A stretch of 64,000 bases of DNA, taken from assembly GCF_009914755.1 (NCBI RefSeq), contig NC_060936.1; one strand, given 5' to 3'. This DNA is from the human T2T-CHM13v2.0 reference genome, Homo sapiens. The notes below the pieces were generated by a model, which ran no database searches, was not told the DNA's origin, and saw only the letters and a list, made by a program, of their open reading frames with translations. Below are positions 42,195 through 61,562 of the stretch, in pieces. Numbering within the stretch: position 1 is the stretch's first letter; each line of letters begins with the position of its first letter. The translations under genes and the position numbers were made by a program.

Positions 42195-44615
42195 GTTTGT
42201 CATTTATGAAATCTTTTTTAAAAAAATACACATAGAGAAAAGACAAAAGCACAAAAACCAAAATGTTAGCAACTATTCGTTCTGGGTCACAGGATGTGGG
42301 TCATTATTCATCTCTTCCCTTTCTGAATTTTTCAAATTTAAAAAAAAGGAAAATGACAACAACAAACAGAACAAGGGGGATGCTAAGGAGATTCACTCTG
42401 AGAAACTGTCAGAAAATCAACATTTACACAAACAGTTTTACTTTAAGGCTAAGTTTCTCAGATAAGGTATTAAATATAGAAAATTGATTTAAATATTATG
42501 TACTCTCTAAGATGGATTAATGTCTGTAAAGCAAATGGCCATTGTTTAAATAAATTTGATTGATATGCAATCCAATGCCTCTGGTATACCTTGAGGAAAA
42601 TCTGTTCTCTGGAATACTCTTGGCATCTCTTAGTTGTTTCCAGGTACCTTGCAATTAGCATTCCACAGACCATAGCTCCGTTTTGACTTTTATATCAAAG
42701 AAGGTCCTTAGTCTCTAATGGAGAACACAAGGCTTAGGCTAGGGTAATGCCACAAAGAAGTGACCTGTAACTGTCCATATTAGCAGTCTTCGAATTGGCT
42801 TATACTTATTCCCAGATATACACCTAAGTGGCACAAAACAAGGATATTTTTCAAGTAATAATTTTCGTAAGAACCCTGAAATGTCCCAAGACGCTGACTG
42901 AGAAAGTATCTTTGCTAAAGAGGTAGGTTTTACTTTCCTATATCCCCTTTCATGATAGTCATTTTCCCCCTTACAAGGAAAGACGTCATTCTCACCCATC
43001 CTGAACCTTACCATGATATATTCCCTTAGGATATACCCTAGTGTTAACTAATAAACATCTGTGCATACAAACTAATTAGAGAAAATAGTTCCATATCCAG
43101 CTCATTAAGATCCAGGTTACCAATAAAAGTTAATTTTTATAGTTACCACCCATTTATCAAATGCATAACATATTCATGTTTTTGTTATTTGTATTTTCTT
43201 GATAATTATAATAATTTAATTCAGACACTTTTTGTACTTATAACTTTATGGTCACAGGTCATAAAAAGTTCAATCTTAATTTGTATACATATTTTTATGA
43301 CAAATAAATATGAAAGAATGCTTATCTTAGCCTAGCCTAAAGTGATCATCTAAAGCTATCACCTTAGTGAGGGATGTAAACTCAGGGCATCAGGAAAAAG
43401 GGAGAAGGAAAAAAGAGGCAGGGAAGAAGGGCAAGCTAATATTAATACAAAGGAGGGCAAGATTTGTGTCCAATACCAAGGACGCACAAACTGAGAAGCG
43501 AAATTATTTCAACAATCTTGACTATATCAAAGAAAAATATATGTGTACTGGCAAAGGGGCTGAATTTTTCCATTACCAAGAGTCATTAGGCCTGAGATTT
43601 TAGACATTCACCTCAATTTTCTATTACTTAAAAGACCAAACCCTCTGCTTTATCTGTCCTGTTTGATGTGTTTACTATTCTAAAAAAAATTATATGAGAG
43701 GAAATATAGATCCAGATTTAATTTTACTGTTGCAAAACCATTTATCCTCCTACTGTCTTTAAAAGAGCAGAAAAATAAAATTTATGGCCTTATAGATGTT
43801 TAATTTAAGGATTTTGGAATACCAACAGTTTCATTAACCCTAATCACTCCATTCAAGTGTATAAACATCTTGAATGATGAAGGGCATTTGCAACAGGAAG
43901 ACAGATGATTACATTACCTTTAGTTTGGACATTTGATCAAAGAGCTTCCTGTCACCTTGGAACAGGAATTTCTATTTAGATTGCCAGTCAGATAGATGCT
44001 CTATCATCTTTTTAATCAAGATAAACAACTCTACTGCCACAGTTACAGTGCAACCAAAAGAAATATAGGAACATACACTTTATAGGTGGCGAAGATGCAG
44101 ATTATAAAACAGTACAATTAGCTGTTTGCTCTTAGTTAAAAGGATCTTCCCTGATTATTTTTAACAAAATTTAAAAACCTCACTAAAATTAATTTCAGGT
44201 ATATTTTGCCTATAACAATATGGTGCCAAGCTATAAGTCACAGTGTCTATTAGATTATAAAGCTTCTCAAATACTCTCTGTATTTATTGAACAATACACT
44301 CCCCACCCTCTTTGGCTTCACTGATTCTTTTTTCTGAAGTGCCACATCTAGGAAATTTTATGTTTAAAATCAAATTATGTGAGTTGTGTCTCTACTTCCT
44401 GGTTAGATTACAATTATTCTTTTAGCTTTTGTATTCCTAGACTGTGGGAGTAACTATAAGAAAGACCCTTTTCTACACTTGGAAGTTGTCTCTAGCTTCA
44501 CAGAAGCTGGACCCAGATTTGAGGAAGGAGTGTCAGGGGATGGAAAGGGATAGAATGAAGCTAGTTTTGGTATTTCTCTAAACGTTTCAAAACTGTAGTG
44601 TCAAGAGATAAGCCA

Positions 44616-44901
44616 CCAGGTGTGGTGGCTCGTGCCTGTAATCCCAGCACTTTGAGGAGGCTGAGGCGGGTGGGTCACGAGGTCAGGAGTTTGAGACCAG
44701 CCTGGCTAACATGGTGAAACCCTGTCTCTACTAAAAGTACAAAAATTAGCTGGGTGTGGTGGTGAGTGCCTGTAATCCCAGCTACTCAGGAGACTGAGGC
44801 AGGAGAAGCTTGAACCCAGGAGGCGGAGGTTGCAGTGAGCCGTGATCACGCCACTGCACTCCAACCTGGGCGACAAGAGTGAGACTGTCTCAAAAAAAAA
44901 A
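44616..44901 (+). mobile_element. AluS (Sg-like)
   Basis: Complete dimer with A10 tail; TSD GAGATAAGCCA at 44605-44615 and 44903-44913. Confidence 0.95.
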
Positions 44902-46129
44902 GGAGATAAGCCAAGAGTCTCTGTTTCCCTACTACACAACCCTTAGCTAATTATTTCTGAGAAAAATTCTGTGGCCTGATTTTTACTGAAGGATTGTTTA
45001 AAAATCCAGACAAGAAGTGTTTTCTTTTTTAGATAAAATGCTTTAAATTGTTGTTTAAATAAATATTGTTACTCTCCAAGTAAAATAAATGTTCAGTTAA
45101 TTCTTATCTTTGAAAGGAATTTAATTATCAAAGACAAAAGCTCCCTCCTTTTGTTGAAAAGCTGAACAATTTTCTATTGTGTTTCCTTTTAAGTAGAGGC
45201 CTTTCAATAATGTTCAACCTTCAATTAAAAAAAACAACAACTGTTGTGGGGTGGAACCATCAGCTCTGGGTACATCATTATTTTTCAGAATGATTGGTGA
45301 TTAACAAATAAATTATATCATCCACTTGCATTTATTAAGTTCCCAAATGAACATAAAGTTATGCTGCATGCTGTATGAGGCAAGTTAAATAGACACAGTC
45401 CCTACCTTCTAAGAGGGAATTAATCCTATTTGTGAGATAACAGCATGATGTAATCCATGCTATCCAATGTAGCATTGAATGAGAGCAGATTTTACTCATA
45501 GGAGTATTATAAACTCATACATATTCCTTAGATATTCTCTAGAAAACACAATTAAGAACTGGAAGAATTATTCCTGTCTTTCGCATAGGTGATCTGATAG
45601 TGACCCTAATTATTTGCTTTCTGTCACTAATCATCCGGTCATCATGAAATATTAAATTTTAGGGAAATTTTTATTTATACGATTAATTAAACTGGTTATA
45701 ATAGAGTTTCCCAAAGGGTAGTAAACTTACGATTACCTAAAAATAATTTTAGGTGTCACATGCATGACATTTTTTACTTTAATAGTAATATATTTATTGT
45801 AATGCATAGGAGAAGACATTAATTTACTACCTTCTTAAATCTGTGATATAACATTTCCTTTTAGATAAATTTATTTATGTTTAAAAAGTGATTAGATTTT
45901 TAAAAAATATATTAAATGGCATGTAGATATGACAAGAGTCATAAAGGCAAAAGGAAAATAATAAAGTTTAGAAAACATTTGGTTAGAATATGAACTTGGC
46001 ATGTAAGTAGTAACAGAGTAGTGCCAAAATGAACTAGCTGGCTTTTCACATAAAATTGTCTTGTTTGACGTGGTAATGACATCTTTTTGCATGGAATTAC
46101 AACAGTTGAAATATTAGGTAAGAGACTAA

Positions 46130-46958
<829 letters not shown>

Positions 46959-46959
46959 G

Positions 46960-51582
<4,623 letters not shown>

Positions 51583-54500
51583 TAGAACAATTTATTTATC
51601 AATTCCTTGTTGTTAGAAATTGTCATGGTTCATATCTTCTAGTACTGTAACTGTGAAGAAACAAGCCACTTCATATATACATCTTTGTATACTTGTCCAA
51701 TTATTTATTTTAAAAATATTTGTGGATCTGAAATTGCTGAGTTAAAGGTTAGGCTTTTCATACATATTTCTAAATGTATGAATTTAGAAATATGTATGAA
51801 ATTCCCCAATTTTGAGTACCAAGCTCTGCCCCAGTTGTAGAGGTGGACAAGATTAACAAGATGGTGATTCTCAGGTAATTTGCCTTCTATTAGGATGGAT
51901 AAATTTTGGATTAATAAATATAGGTATGATCTGTGTTTCAGAGAGGGGAAACACAAGGCATTTTACTTGCCTAGAAGAAGTGCCTCTTTGTTCAGTTCAG
52001 GCAATGCTTTACTAAGAGATGTTTAAACAGATCCTGCAGAGCACAGGTTACAAAGGAAAAACGTGTTTCAGAAAGAGAGAAGACAGTATGATAGATGAAC
52101 CAGGGATAAGACAGAATATGCCATTTGGGGAAATTAAGTAAAGCCCAGTTTGGCTAAAGCCATCTGTATGACAGATAAAAAGTTAATATCCTTACTATAT
52201 GAAGAACTCTTACAAACCATAAGAAAAATTTGAGTATATCAGTGGGAACAGACAATTCACCAAAAAAGAAATATAAATATATAATAATTTTAAAAGTTCA
52301 GTCCCATTATTAAAAAATTCAATTAAAAATGAAAAACATTTTTAAAATTTTTGCCTATGATACTAACAATGTTTTGAAATAATCAGCATCCAAAATGGAT
52401 AAGGGTCATTGTGAACAATAATACATGGTGGCTAAGAGCTTGAATTGAGAGCCAGACTGCCTAGATTCAAAACCTGCCTGTTACTAACACCATAAGACAA
52501 GGAAAGAAAAATTAAAAATTAAACGTTTTTAAAAATCTGCCTGTTTCACTTACCACCGATATGATCTTTGGCAATTTGCATAATCTCTCTATGCCTTAGT
52601 TTCCACATCTACAAAATAAGACTAATGCAACCTTCTAAGTTTACTGTGGAGATGAAATAATATATGTCAAGTGATTACAGCAGCACCTGGAACACAGTGA
52701 GTAACCAGTAAATGCTGTTATTATTATGTGACCTTGCTCAATGGCTTTCCATGCCACCGTATCCACACACTAAATCATTATAGATATTTTGGTTTATTTT
52801 TAATTGTACAATCTGACACTGGTACAATACTGAATTGATTACATAATATATGCTAATATGGAACATGTTCATTGCTGAAGTCTTACATATTAAAATATAT
52901 TTCAATGATAGGATAAATTTCTTGGTTTTTTTTTGAAACATTTTCTTAATATTTCTTATACATTTTTTCTAAATGCACTATAAAATGCCTTTTTAAGTTT
53001 TCAAATTCTAAAGTAAAATATTCCAAAAACAAGACTTGGAATTACATTTAATTATAGATTAATATGGAGAAATTACACCTTACAATTACAAATTACAACA
53101 TTGTAACAATATTGAGGATGTCCCATATCCATGTTTATGTTATTTCCCTTTATTTATTTTACTCTTATATCTGCACACAAAAATAAATACAACCACAGCA
53201 GTATATTTTGTAGTTTTACATATATAGGTCATGCAGAGGATAAAACTTTGTGCATGAATGTATGTGTATGTGTGTGCATGTATATTCATATAGGCCACAC
53301 ATGAGATAAAACACATATTTACATTTTATTTATACATACATGCATACATATATGTATGTATAAAACAAATTATGTGGGAAATTCCAACAAAATTCAATAA
53401 TATTGGAATAAATGCATAAGCATATCACTTTCAAAAACGACTCCATTTTAAAGAAGAAACATATTTATTTCAAAATATGAGTGTGTTTAGCTAAAGATGA
53501 AGCTCGTTACTTTATAGTTAAACTATTTATTAGTAGCCTGTAAATATAAAGTGTCAGGAATTTTTTTAAGTAATAATACTTGCCCGCTTTACTGATGAAA
53601 TTATCATTTATATTCACATACACAAAAACACCCAACTTTCTATTTCCTAACTTAGCTTATGAAAAATTCATAGAAGTTAAAGGATTGTTGTCTTAGATAT
53701 CATGGCATTTGGAATTCTACTTGAAATACTTTGTTTATAATGGATAATAAATATTCATAGGATAAATGGGTACCATCTAACATGATTCTTTACAAGGGAA
53801 AATTTATTCATTAATCATTCCCCTTCCAGGTTAAGTTCATATTATCTCTTGCTAGAAAAAAACAAAAGGGCAGCCTCTGGGTTCCGGCACATAGGCTGAA
53901 ATAGGCTGTACAGGAATCATGAAGAGTTGGGCTGCACTGCCCAACTTCTATTCTGTCATTTAACAAACCCAGTGTTTTGCCCAAAAAAGTCTAGTGAGTC
54001 AAAAGGGGGACTAGGTGAAGTATAAGATAAATCAGTGGCAAAAATCTGCACAAAATACATCTGAACACTGAACCAGATGTGGACTTTCTGTGACGCTAAA
54101 CATTTAGGGACCTCTCCTTTGCATAGACCACCATGGTTGCATGATCATTTTTGTAAGCTCGTAAAGATATTTTGTATTTTTATTCTTAAGCAGGAACCTC
54201 CTCTCTCCCATATTAAATAAATCTCAGGCATCACAAAACCTGAATCCACTCCTGCTCTTCACTCTTCTAACAATCACTTCCTGCCCTTAATTTTTTGAGA
54301 CCTCTCACTAAATAAATATAAAGGGAATACATTCTCTTGGCATTGTTAGAATCTCCATGACTGTTGGATATCTGCATCCCATCGCCCTGGTAACCCAAAG
54401 GAAAGAAGAAGGATGAATAACTTCCAACTCATTTAAACTTAATTAGAAAGAGAAAAGGATAGTTTGAGTGAGGGTGGGGACCGGGGGAGGGACCTAATTT

Positions 54501-55669
54501 TATTGCACAGAATGTTAACGACCAAAAGTTAATATTTGTGTGCTACAAAATATATGTCAACATTATTTTAAATTCCTAGCTATATTTGAGGAGGAGACCA
54601 AGAAAGACCTCTTTGGTGTTATCATCCCCCTTATTCTAAAACACAGCTGCTCTCAGACGCAAAGAAAGGAAAAGAGTGGGCAGTAGATGCCTCACACTGC
54701 CTCTAAAGTTTTATTTTGGTTACAATTTCATAGCAGGTAGATGAGAAAAATGCTAACATTAATGAGGAAATATAACTATTTAATAAATGACATTTGTTTG
54801 AATGTAGCATTAGAGAATTCAATCCTTTCAAGAGCAGAAGTTCTAGGAACACTAAGCTTTCCTTCACAAAGTAAGGTATAAATTGAATAAAGCGGGTTTT
54901 TTTGTGGGGGGAAGAGTAGCACATCTTTCATATCTTGCAAGTGCAGGTGCAAAAAAGGAGAAAGTTGTGAAAAACAAGTGATACAAATAATGATTTAAGA
55001 GACCACTGAAGTTGGAACATTGTTGAATTAATATTTTCTTTAAACTGGCGTGAAATATGTTTCTAGATATTTCTTCCTCATTTTTAAAATTTATTCATAT
55101 TCAATATGAAAATAACCAAGACTTTCAAAAGGTAACATAGTTATATTCAGTATTTATCACAAAGTTTTTGTTCTGCAACATTTGCATGTCTTCCTAATTC
55201 TTTTTGATGCTAGCCCAACCAGCCCCCACCTTCTGTTAAATGATGCTTGTCAGGATTTCTAGTTCATCTCCTTTGTTTCAGTGAAGTGTACTGTTCTTTT
55301 TTCCACACTCAAAGCAATGATATAGGGATATAAAACTACTGAAGTTCTATTTTATTAAGGAGTTTTATTTCAATTTCAGATAATTTTGAACAATTCATAT
55401 TCTTTATACCTGACCTGCTTTGATAAATAGATTATTAGGACATATGGATAATGTGTTATTTTTACTATTTACTTATTTTTCTGTCCCTTATTCCAAGTAT
55501 ATTTAATTTACTAAGTTGACAGGGCACATGGCAAGTTATAAGATATGAGCACATTGTGATTTTTATATTAAAAAATTCCAATGACTACCTTAAGGTATTC
55601 TCCAATGACTTAGTATTTCCATTTTTATTTTCAGAGCATCTTTAACCTAAAGTAACTCTCATATGGTGG

Positions 55670-56150
55670 TACAGACTCCTCATTTCCCCCAGTAGTTCTT
55701 CTCCTTTTCCATAATAAAGAACTCTTGACTTTTTAGTTAGACCCATAGACACCCAGAATAAGAACTACATATCCTAGCTTCCATTGCATCTTCAAGCAGC
55801 ATGTGACTGGATTCTAGCAAGAACATATAAGCAAAACCTTTCTGTAAAAGTAGTTGGCCCACATATTTTCCTCCTTTTTTGGTCAATTTCCCCCAACCCC
55901 CCGCCACCACCCCCCAGCCTTAGAAAATGTGAATGGAGCAGTGAACTAGGACCATGAGTAGACGCTAGGAATGGAAATCTACACATTGCCAAACAAAAAG
56001 GGAGGAGGAATCTCTTTCCCAAGAACTTTGTGGAACAGATATTTCTTATCAGCATTGTACTGCCTATTTTGGAATTTTACTTAAGATGTAAATAAATTAC
56101 TCTCGTTTAACTCACTGGTATTTTGGGTTTCTGGTACTGATAACTGAACA
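55670..56150 (+). mobile_element. Old MLT1-type LTR
   Basis: ACTACATATCCTAGCTTCCATTGC...CATGTGACT...AATAAATTACTCTCGTTTAACTCACTG. Confidence 0.55.
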
Positions 56151-56723
56151 TTGCCATATCCGATATGTGGTATTGTACCAGCTAATTTCCTTGGACATAA
56201 GCGCCAAATACAAAGATCCCTCTCTAGCATGTAGGTCCTATTAAAAGTTTATGTATAGATAAACATTCTTGTACAGTATTTACAAGCTTTATACTGGCAA
56301 TGAATTTATATTTATGTCTGATATCAAATACTGCAAAGCTGAAGTTACTACTACTAGCTACAGAAAAAGCAGCAAACCTTCAAGGAGAAAACTACCTTGG
56401 AACTATACTCAAAAGTTAAACTCTGCACATGACATTCCAATCAGGTATGAGTCTTTAAATTACTTTGTTATCAATTGGCCAATAATTTAATTCCATCATA
56501 ACCTTTGAGGAAATAAACTACATAGATATGTATAAATAAAATAATCAGGTCCAAAAATAATAAAGAAAAGCAAATAATGTGGCTAGTTGAACCATTCATT
56601 CATTTATTTAATGGGCATATGTTAAAATTCTTTGTACTGTTTCTTGTGCCAATTTATTCATACACATATAAATAAAACATGTCCCTCCTAGGGTATTGCA
56701 TTTTTATATTTAAAGAGAAACAG

Positions 56724-58713
56724 GCAGCCCTGCCTCTCCCTCTCCTTCTCCCCCTCCCCTCTCCCCTCTCCCCTCTCCCTTCTTCCCTCTCCCCTCTCCC
56801 TCTCGGTCTCCCTCTCCCTCTCGGTCTCCCTCTCCCTCTCTTTCCACGGTGTCCCTCTGATGCCGAGCCGAAGCTGGACTGTACTGCTGCCATCTTGGCT
56901 CACTGCAACCTCCCTGCCTGATTCTCCTGCCTCAGCCTAACGAGTGCCTGCGATTGCAGGCATGCGCCACCACGCCTGACTGGTTTTCGTACTTTTTTGG
57001 TGGAGACGGGGTTTCGCTTTGTTGGCCGGGCTGGTCTCCAGCTCCTAACCGCGAGTGATCCGCCAGCCTCGGCCTCCTGAGGTGCCGGGATTGCAGATGG
57101 AGTCTGGTTCACTCAGTGCTCAATGGTGCCCAGGCTGGAGTGCAGTGGCGTGATCTCAGCTCCGCTACAACCTCCATCTCCCAGCCGCCTGCCTTGGCCT
57201 CCCAAAGTGTCGAGATTGCAGCCTCTGCCCGGCCGCCATCCCATCTGGGAAGTGAGGAGCGTCTCTGCCTGGCCGCCCATCGTCTGGGACATGAGGAGCC
57301 CCTCTGCCTGGCTGCCCAGTCTGGAAAGTGAGGAGCGTCTCTGCCCAGCCGCCATCCCATCTAGGAAGTGAGGAGCGCCTCTTCCCAGCAGCCATCCCAT
57401 CTGGGAAGTGAGGAGCGTCTCTGCCCAGCCGCCCATCGTCTGAGATGTGGGGAGCGCCTCTGCCCCGCCGCCCCGTCTGGGATGTGAGGAGCGCCTCTGC
57501 CCGGCCGCGACCCCATCTGGGAGGTGAGGAGCGTCTCTGCCCAGCCGCCCCGTCTGAGAAGTGAGGAGCCCCTCCGCCCGGCAACCGCCCTGTCTGAGAA
57601 GTGAGGAGCCCCTCTGCCCGGCAGCCACCCCATCTAGGAAGTGAGAAGCGTCTCCGCCCGGCAGCCGCCCCGTCCGGGAGGGAGGTGGGGGGGTCAGCCC
57701 CCCGTCCGGGAGGGAGGTGGGGGGGTCAGCCCCCCGTCCGGGAGGGAGGTGGGGGGGTCAGCCCCCCGTCCGGGAGGGAGGTGGGGGGGGTCAGCCCCCG
57801 CCCGGCCAGCCACCCCGTCCGGGAGGGAGGTGGGGGGGTCAGCCCCCCGCCCGGCCAGCCGCCCAGTCCGGGAGGTGAGGGGCGCCTCTGCCCAGCCGCC
57901 CCTACTGGGAAGTGAGGACCCCCTCTGCCGGGCCAGCCACCCCGTCCGGGAGGGAGGTGGGGGGGTCAGCCCCCCGCCCGGCCAGCCGCCCCATCCGGGA
58001 GGGAGGTGGGGGGGTCAGCCCACCGCCCGGCCAGCCGCCCTGTCCGGGAGGGAGGTGGGGGGTTCAACCCCCCGCCCGGCCAGCCGCCCCGTCCGGGAGG
58101 TGAGGGGCGCCTCTGCCCGGCCGCCCCTACTGGGAAGTGAGGAGCCCCTCTGCCCGGCCACCACACCGTCTGGGAGGTGTACCCAACAGCTCATTGAGAA
58201 CGGGCGGGGATGACAATGGCGGTTTTGTGGAATAGAAAGCGGGGAAAGGTGGGGAAAAGATTGAGAAATCGGATGGTTGCCGTGTCTGTGTAGAAAGTAG
58301 TAGACATGGGAGACTTTTCATTTTGTTCTGTACTAAGATAAATTCTTCTGCCTTGGGATCCTGTTGATCGGTGACCTTACCCCCAACCCTGTGCTCTCTG
58401 AAACGTGTGCTGTATCCACTCAGGGTTAAATGGATTAAGGGCGGTGCAAGATGTGCTTTGTTAAACAGATGCTTGAAGGCAGCATGCTCGTTAAGAATCA
58501 TCACCACTCCCTAATCTCAAGTACCCAGGGACACAAACACTGCGGAAGGCCGCAGGGTCCTCTGCCTAGGAAAACCAGAGACCTTTGTTCACTTGTTTAT
58601 CTGCCGACCTTCCCTCCACTATTGTCCTACGACCCTGCCAAATCCCCCTCTGCGAGAAACACCCAAGAATGATCAATAAAAAAAATTCAAATTAAAAAGA
58701 AAAAAAAAAAAAA
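56724..58713 (+). mobile_element. Full-length SVA (D-F type)
   Basis: CCCTCT hexamers ~56733-56840, antisense Alu-like region to ~57230, GC-rich VNTR to ~58180, SINE-R, AATAAA at 58675-58680, poly(A); TSD AAAGAGAAACAG at 56712-56723 and 58711-58722; TT/AAA endonuclease-type site. Confidence 0.98.
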
Positions 58714-60510
58714 GAGAAACAGAATTCATAAGCAAAGGATAAATAAGATACTTTTCAGGCAAGCAAATGCTAAGAGAATTTGACTACCAGACCTGCCTTA
58801 CAAGAGGTTCTGAAGGGAGTAATATGGAAAGGAAAGACCAACACGGACCGCCAAAAAAATTCACTTAAATACACAGACCACTGACACTATAAAGCAACCA
58901 TACAAACAAGTTTGCATAATAACCAGCTAACAACATAACAGGATCAAATTCGCATATGTCAATATTAACCTTATATGTAAATAGACTAAATACTCCAGTT
59001 AAAAGGCATAGAGTGGTGAGTTGAATAATGAAGCAAAACCCAACTGTATGCTGTCTTTAAGAGACCCATCTCACATGCAATGATACCCACAGGATGAAAA
59101 TAAATGGATGGAGAAAAATCCATTAAGCAAATGAAAAACAGAAAAAAAAAAAGCAGGCATTGCTATTCTAATTTCAAGCAAAACTGACTTTAAACCAACA
59201 AAAATTTTAAAAGATAAACAAAGAAAGGCATTGCATAATAGTAAAGGGTTCAATTCAACAAGAAGACCTAACTCCCTTAAATATATATGCATTCAACACA
59301 GGAGCACCCAGATTCATAAAGCAAGTTCTTGGAGACCTAGAAAGAGATTTAGATAACCACACAGTAACAGAGGGAGACTTCAACAGCCCACTGACTGTAT
59401 TAGAAAGATCATCAAGGCAGAAAACTAACAAAGATATTTAGGACCTGAACTTGACACTTGACCAAATGGACCTAATAGACATCTACAGAACTCTCTATTC
59501 AAAAACAACAGAATATACATTCTTCTCATCTGCACATGGCAGATGATCTAAAATTGACCACATGCCCAACCATAAAGCAATCCTTATCAAATTCAAAAAA
59601 ACTGAAATCATACCAATCACACTCTTGGACCACAGTACAATAAAAATTGAAATCAATATTAAGAAAATTGCTCAAAATCATACAATCACATGGAAACTAA
59701 ACAACTTGCTCCTGAATTACTTTTGGGTAAGCAATGAAATTAAGGCAGAAATCAAGAAATGGTTTGAAACTAATAAGAACAAAGATACAACATACCAGAA
59801 TTTCTGGAATACAGCTGATGCAGTGTTAAGAGGGAAGTTTATGGTATTAAATGCCCACATCAAAGAGTTAGAAAGATCTTAAATTAGCAACCTAACATCA
59901 CATCTAGAGAAACTAAAGAAACAAGAGCAAACCAACTCCAAAGCTAACAGAAAACAAGAAATAACCAAAACCAGAGCTGAACTGAAAGGAATTGAGCTAT
60001 GAAAAACCATATAAAAGATTAACAAGTTTGGTTTGTTCATTATTTAAAAGAATAAATAAAATACATAGACTGCTCATACTAGACTAATAGAAAAAGAGAG
60101 AAGATCCAAATAAACACAATGAGAAATGACAAAGGGGACATTATCACTGACACCACAGAAATACAAAAAAAAATCTCAGGGACAACTAACATCTCCATGC
60201 ACACAAACTAGAACCCTAGAAGAAATGAATAAATTCCTAGAAACATACAACCTCTCATGATTGAACCAGGAAGAAATTGAATCCCTGAGCAGACCAACAA
60301 TGAGTTCCAAAATTGAATAAGTAATAAAAACCCTACCAACCAGAAAAAGCCCAGGACCAGATGGAGTCATAGCCAAGTTCTATCAGATATATAAAGAAGA
60401 GCTGGTATTATTCCTACTGGAACTATTCCAAAAAATTTAAAATGGACTGCTCTGTAACTCATTCTTTGAGATCAGCATCACCCTGATACTAAAACCTGAC
60501 AGACAGAAAG

Positions 60511-60511
<1 letters not shown>

Positions 60512-60537
<26 letters not shown>
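60512..60537. repeat. (AC)13 microsatellite within L1
   Basis: Direct read. Confidence 0.95.
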
Positions 60538-60541
<4 letters not shown>

Positions 60542-61507
60542 AAAACTTTAAGCCAATATTCTTGATGAACATAGATGCAAAAATCGTCAACAAAACACTA
60601 GCAAACCAAATCCAGCAGCACATCAAAAAGCTAATCCACCATGATCAAGTAGGCTTTTCCCTGGGATGCAAGGTTGGTTCAACATACGCAAATCAATAAA
60701 TGTGATTCATCACATAAACAGAACTACAAACAAAACCATATGATCATCTCAATAGGTACAGAAAAGCTTTTGATAAAATTCAACATCCTTCATGTTAAAA
60801 ACCCTCAACAAACTAGGCATCAAAGGAACATACTTCCAAATAATAAGAGCCAGCTATAAAAAACCCACAGCCAACATCATACTGAATGGACAAAAGCTAG
60901 AAGCATTCCCCTTGACATCCAGAACAAGACAAGGATGCCCAGTCTCACCACCCCTATTTTAACATAGTTCTGCAAGTCCTAGCCAGAGAAATCAGGCAAG
61001 AGAAAGAAATAAAGGGCATCCAAATAGGAAGAGAGGAAGTCAAATATCTCTGTTTGCAGATGACATGATTTTATAGCTATAAAACCCAATACTCTCTGCC
61101 TAAAAGCACATTAAACTGATAAACAACTTTTGCAAAGTTTCAGGATACAAAATTAATGTACAAAAATCAGTAGCATTTCCATACACCAACAACATCCAAG
61201 CTGAGAGCCAAATCAAGAATGCGATCCCAGTTACAATAACCATAAAAAGAATAAAATACCTAAAAATCCATTTAACAAGGGAGGTGTAACATCTCTAAAA
61301 CAAGAATTTCAATACACTGCTCAAAGAAATCAGAGATGGTATAAACAAATGGAAAATATTCTATGCTCATGGATAGGAAGAATCAATGTTGTTAAAATAG
61401 CCATACTGCTCAAAGCAATTTACAGATTCAATACTATTCCTATCTAACTACCAATGACATTCTTCACAGAATTAGAAAAAAACTGTTTTAAAATTCATAT
61501 GGAACCT

Positions 61508-61562
61508 GTCTACAGCCATACCACCCTGAATGTGTTTACTCTTGTCTGATCTTCGAAGCTAA
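61508..61562 (+). pseudogene. 5S rRNA retropseudogene fragment (nt 1-55), tailless
   Basis: GTCTACAGCCATACCACCCTGAATGTGTTTACTCTTGTCTGATCTTCGAAGCTAA versus 5S GTCTACGGCCATACCACCCTGAACGCGCCCGATCTCGTCTGATCTCGGAAGCTAA: 44/55 identical; TSD ATTCATAT(G/A)GAACC at 61493-61506 and 61564-61577. Confidence 0.92.

Noticed and set aside
53329-53364. 13-bp-arm hairpin TTTATACATACAT...ATGTATGTATAAA
   Set aside because: Low-complexity TA/CA sequence in which such symmetry is expected.
56654-58672. Many overlapping long ORFs (up to 190 aa) on both strands
   Set aside because: They are translations of the stop-poor, GC-rich SVA hexamer, VNTR and SINE-R regions.
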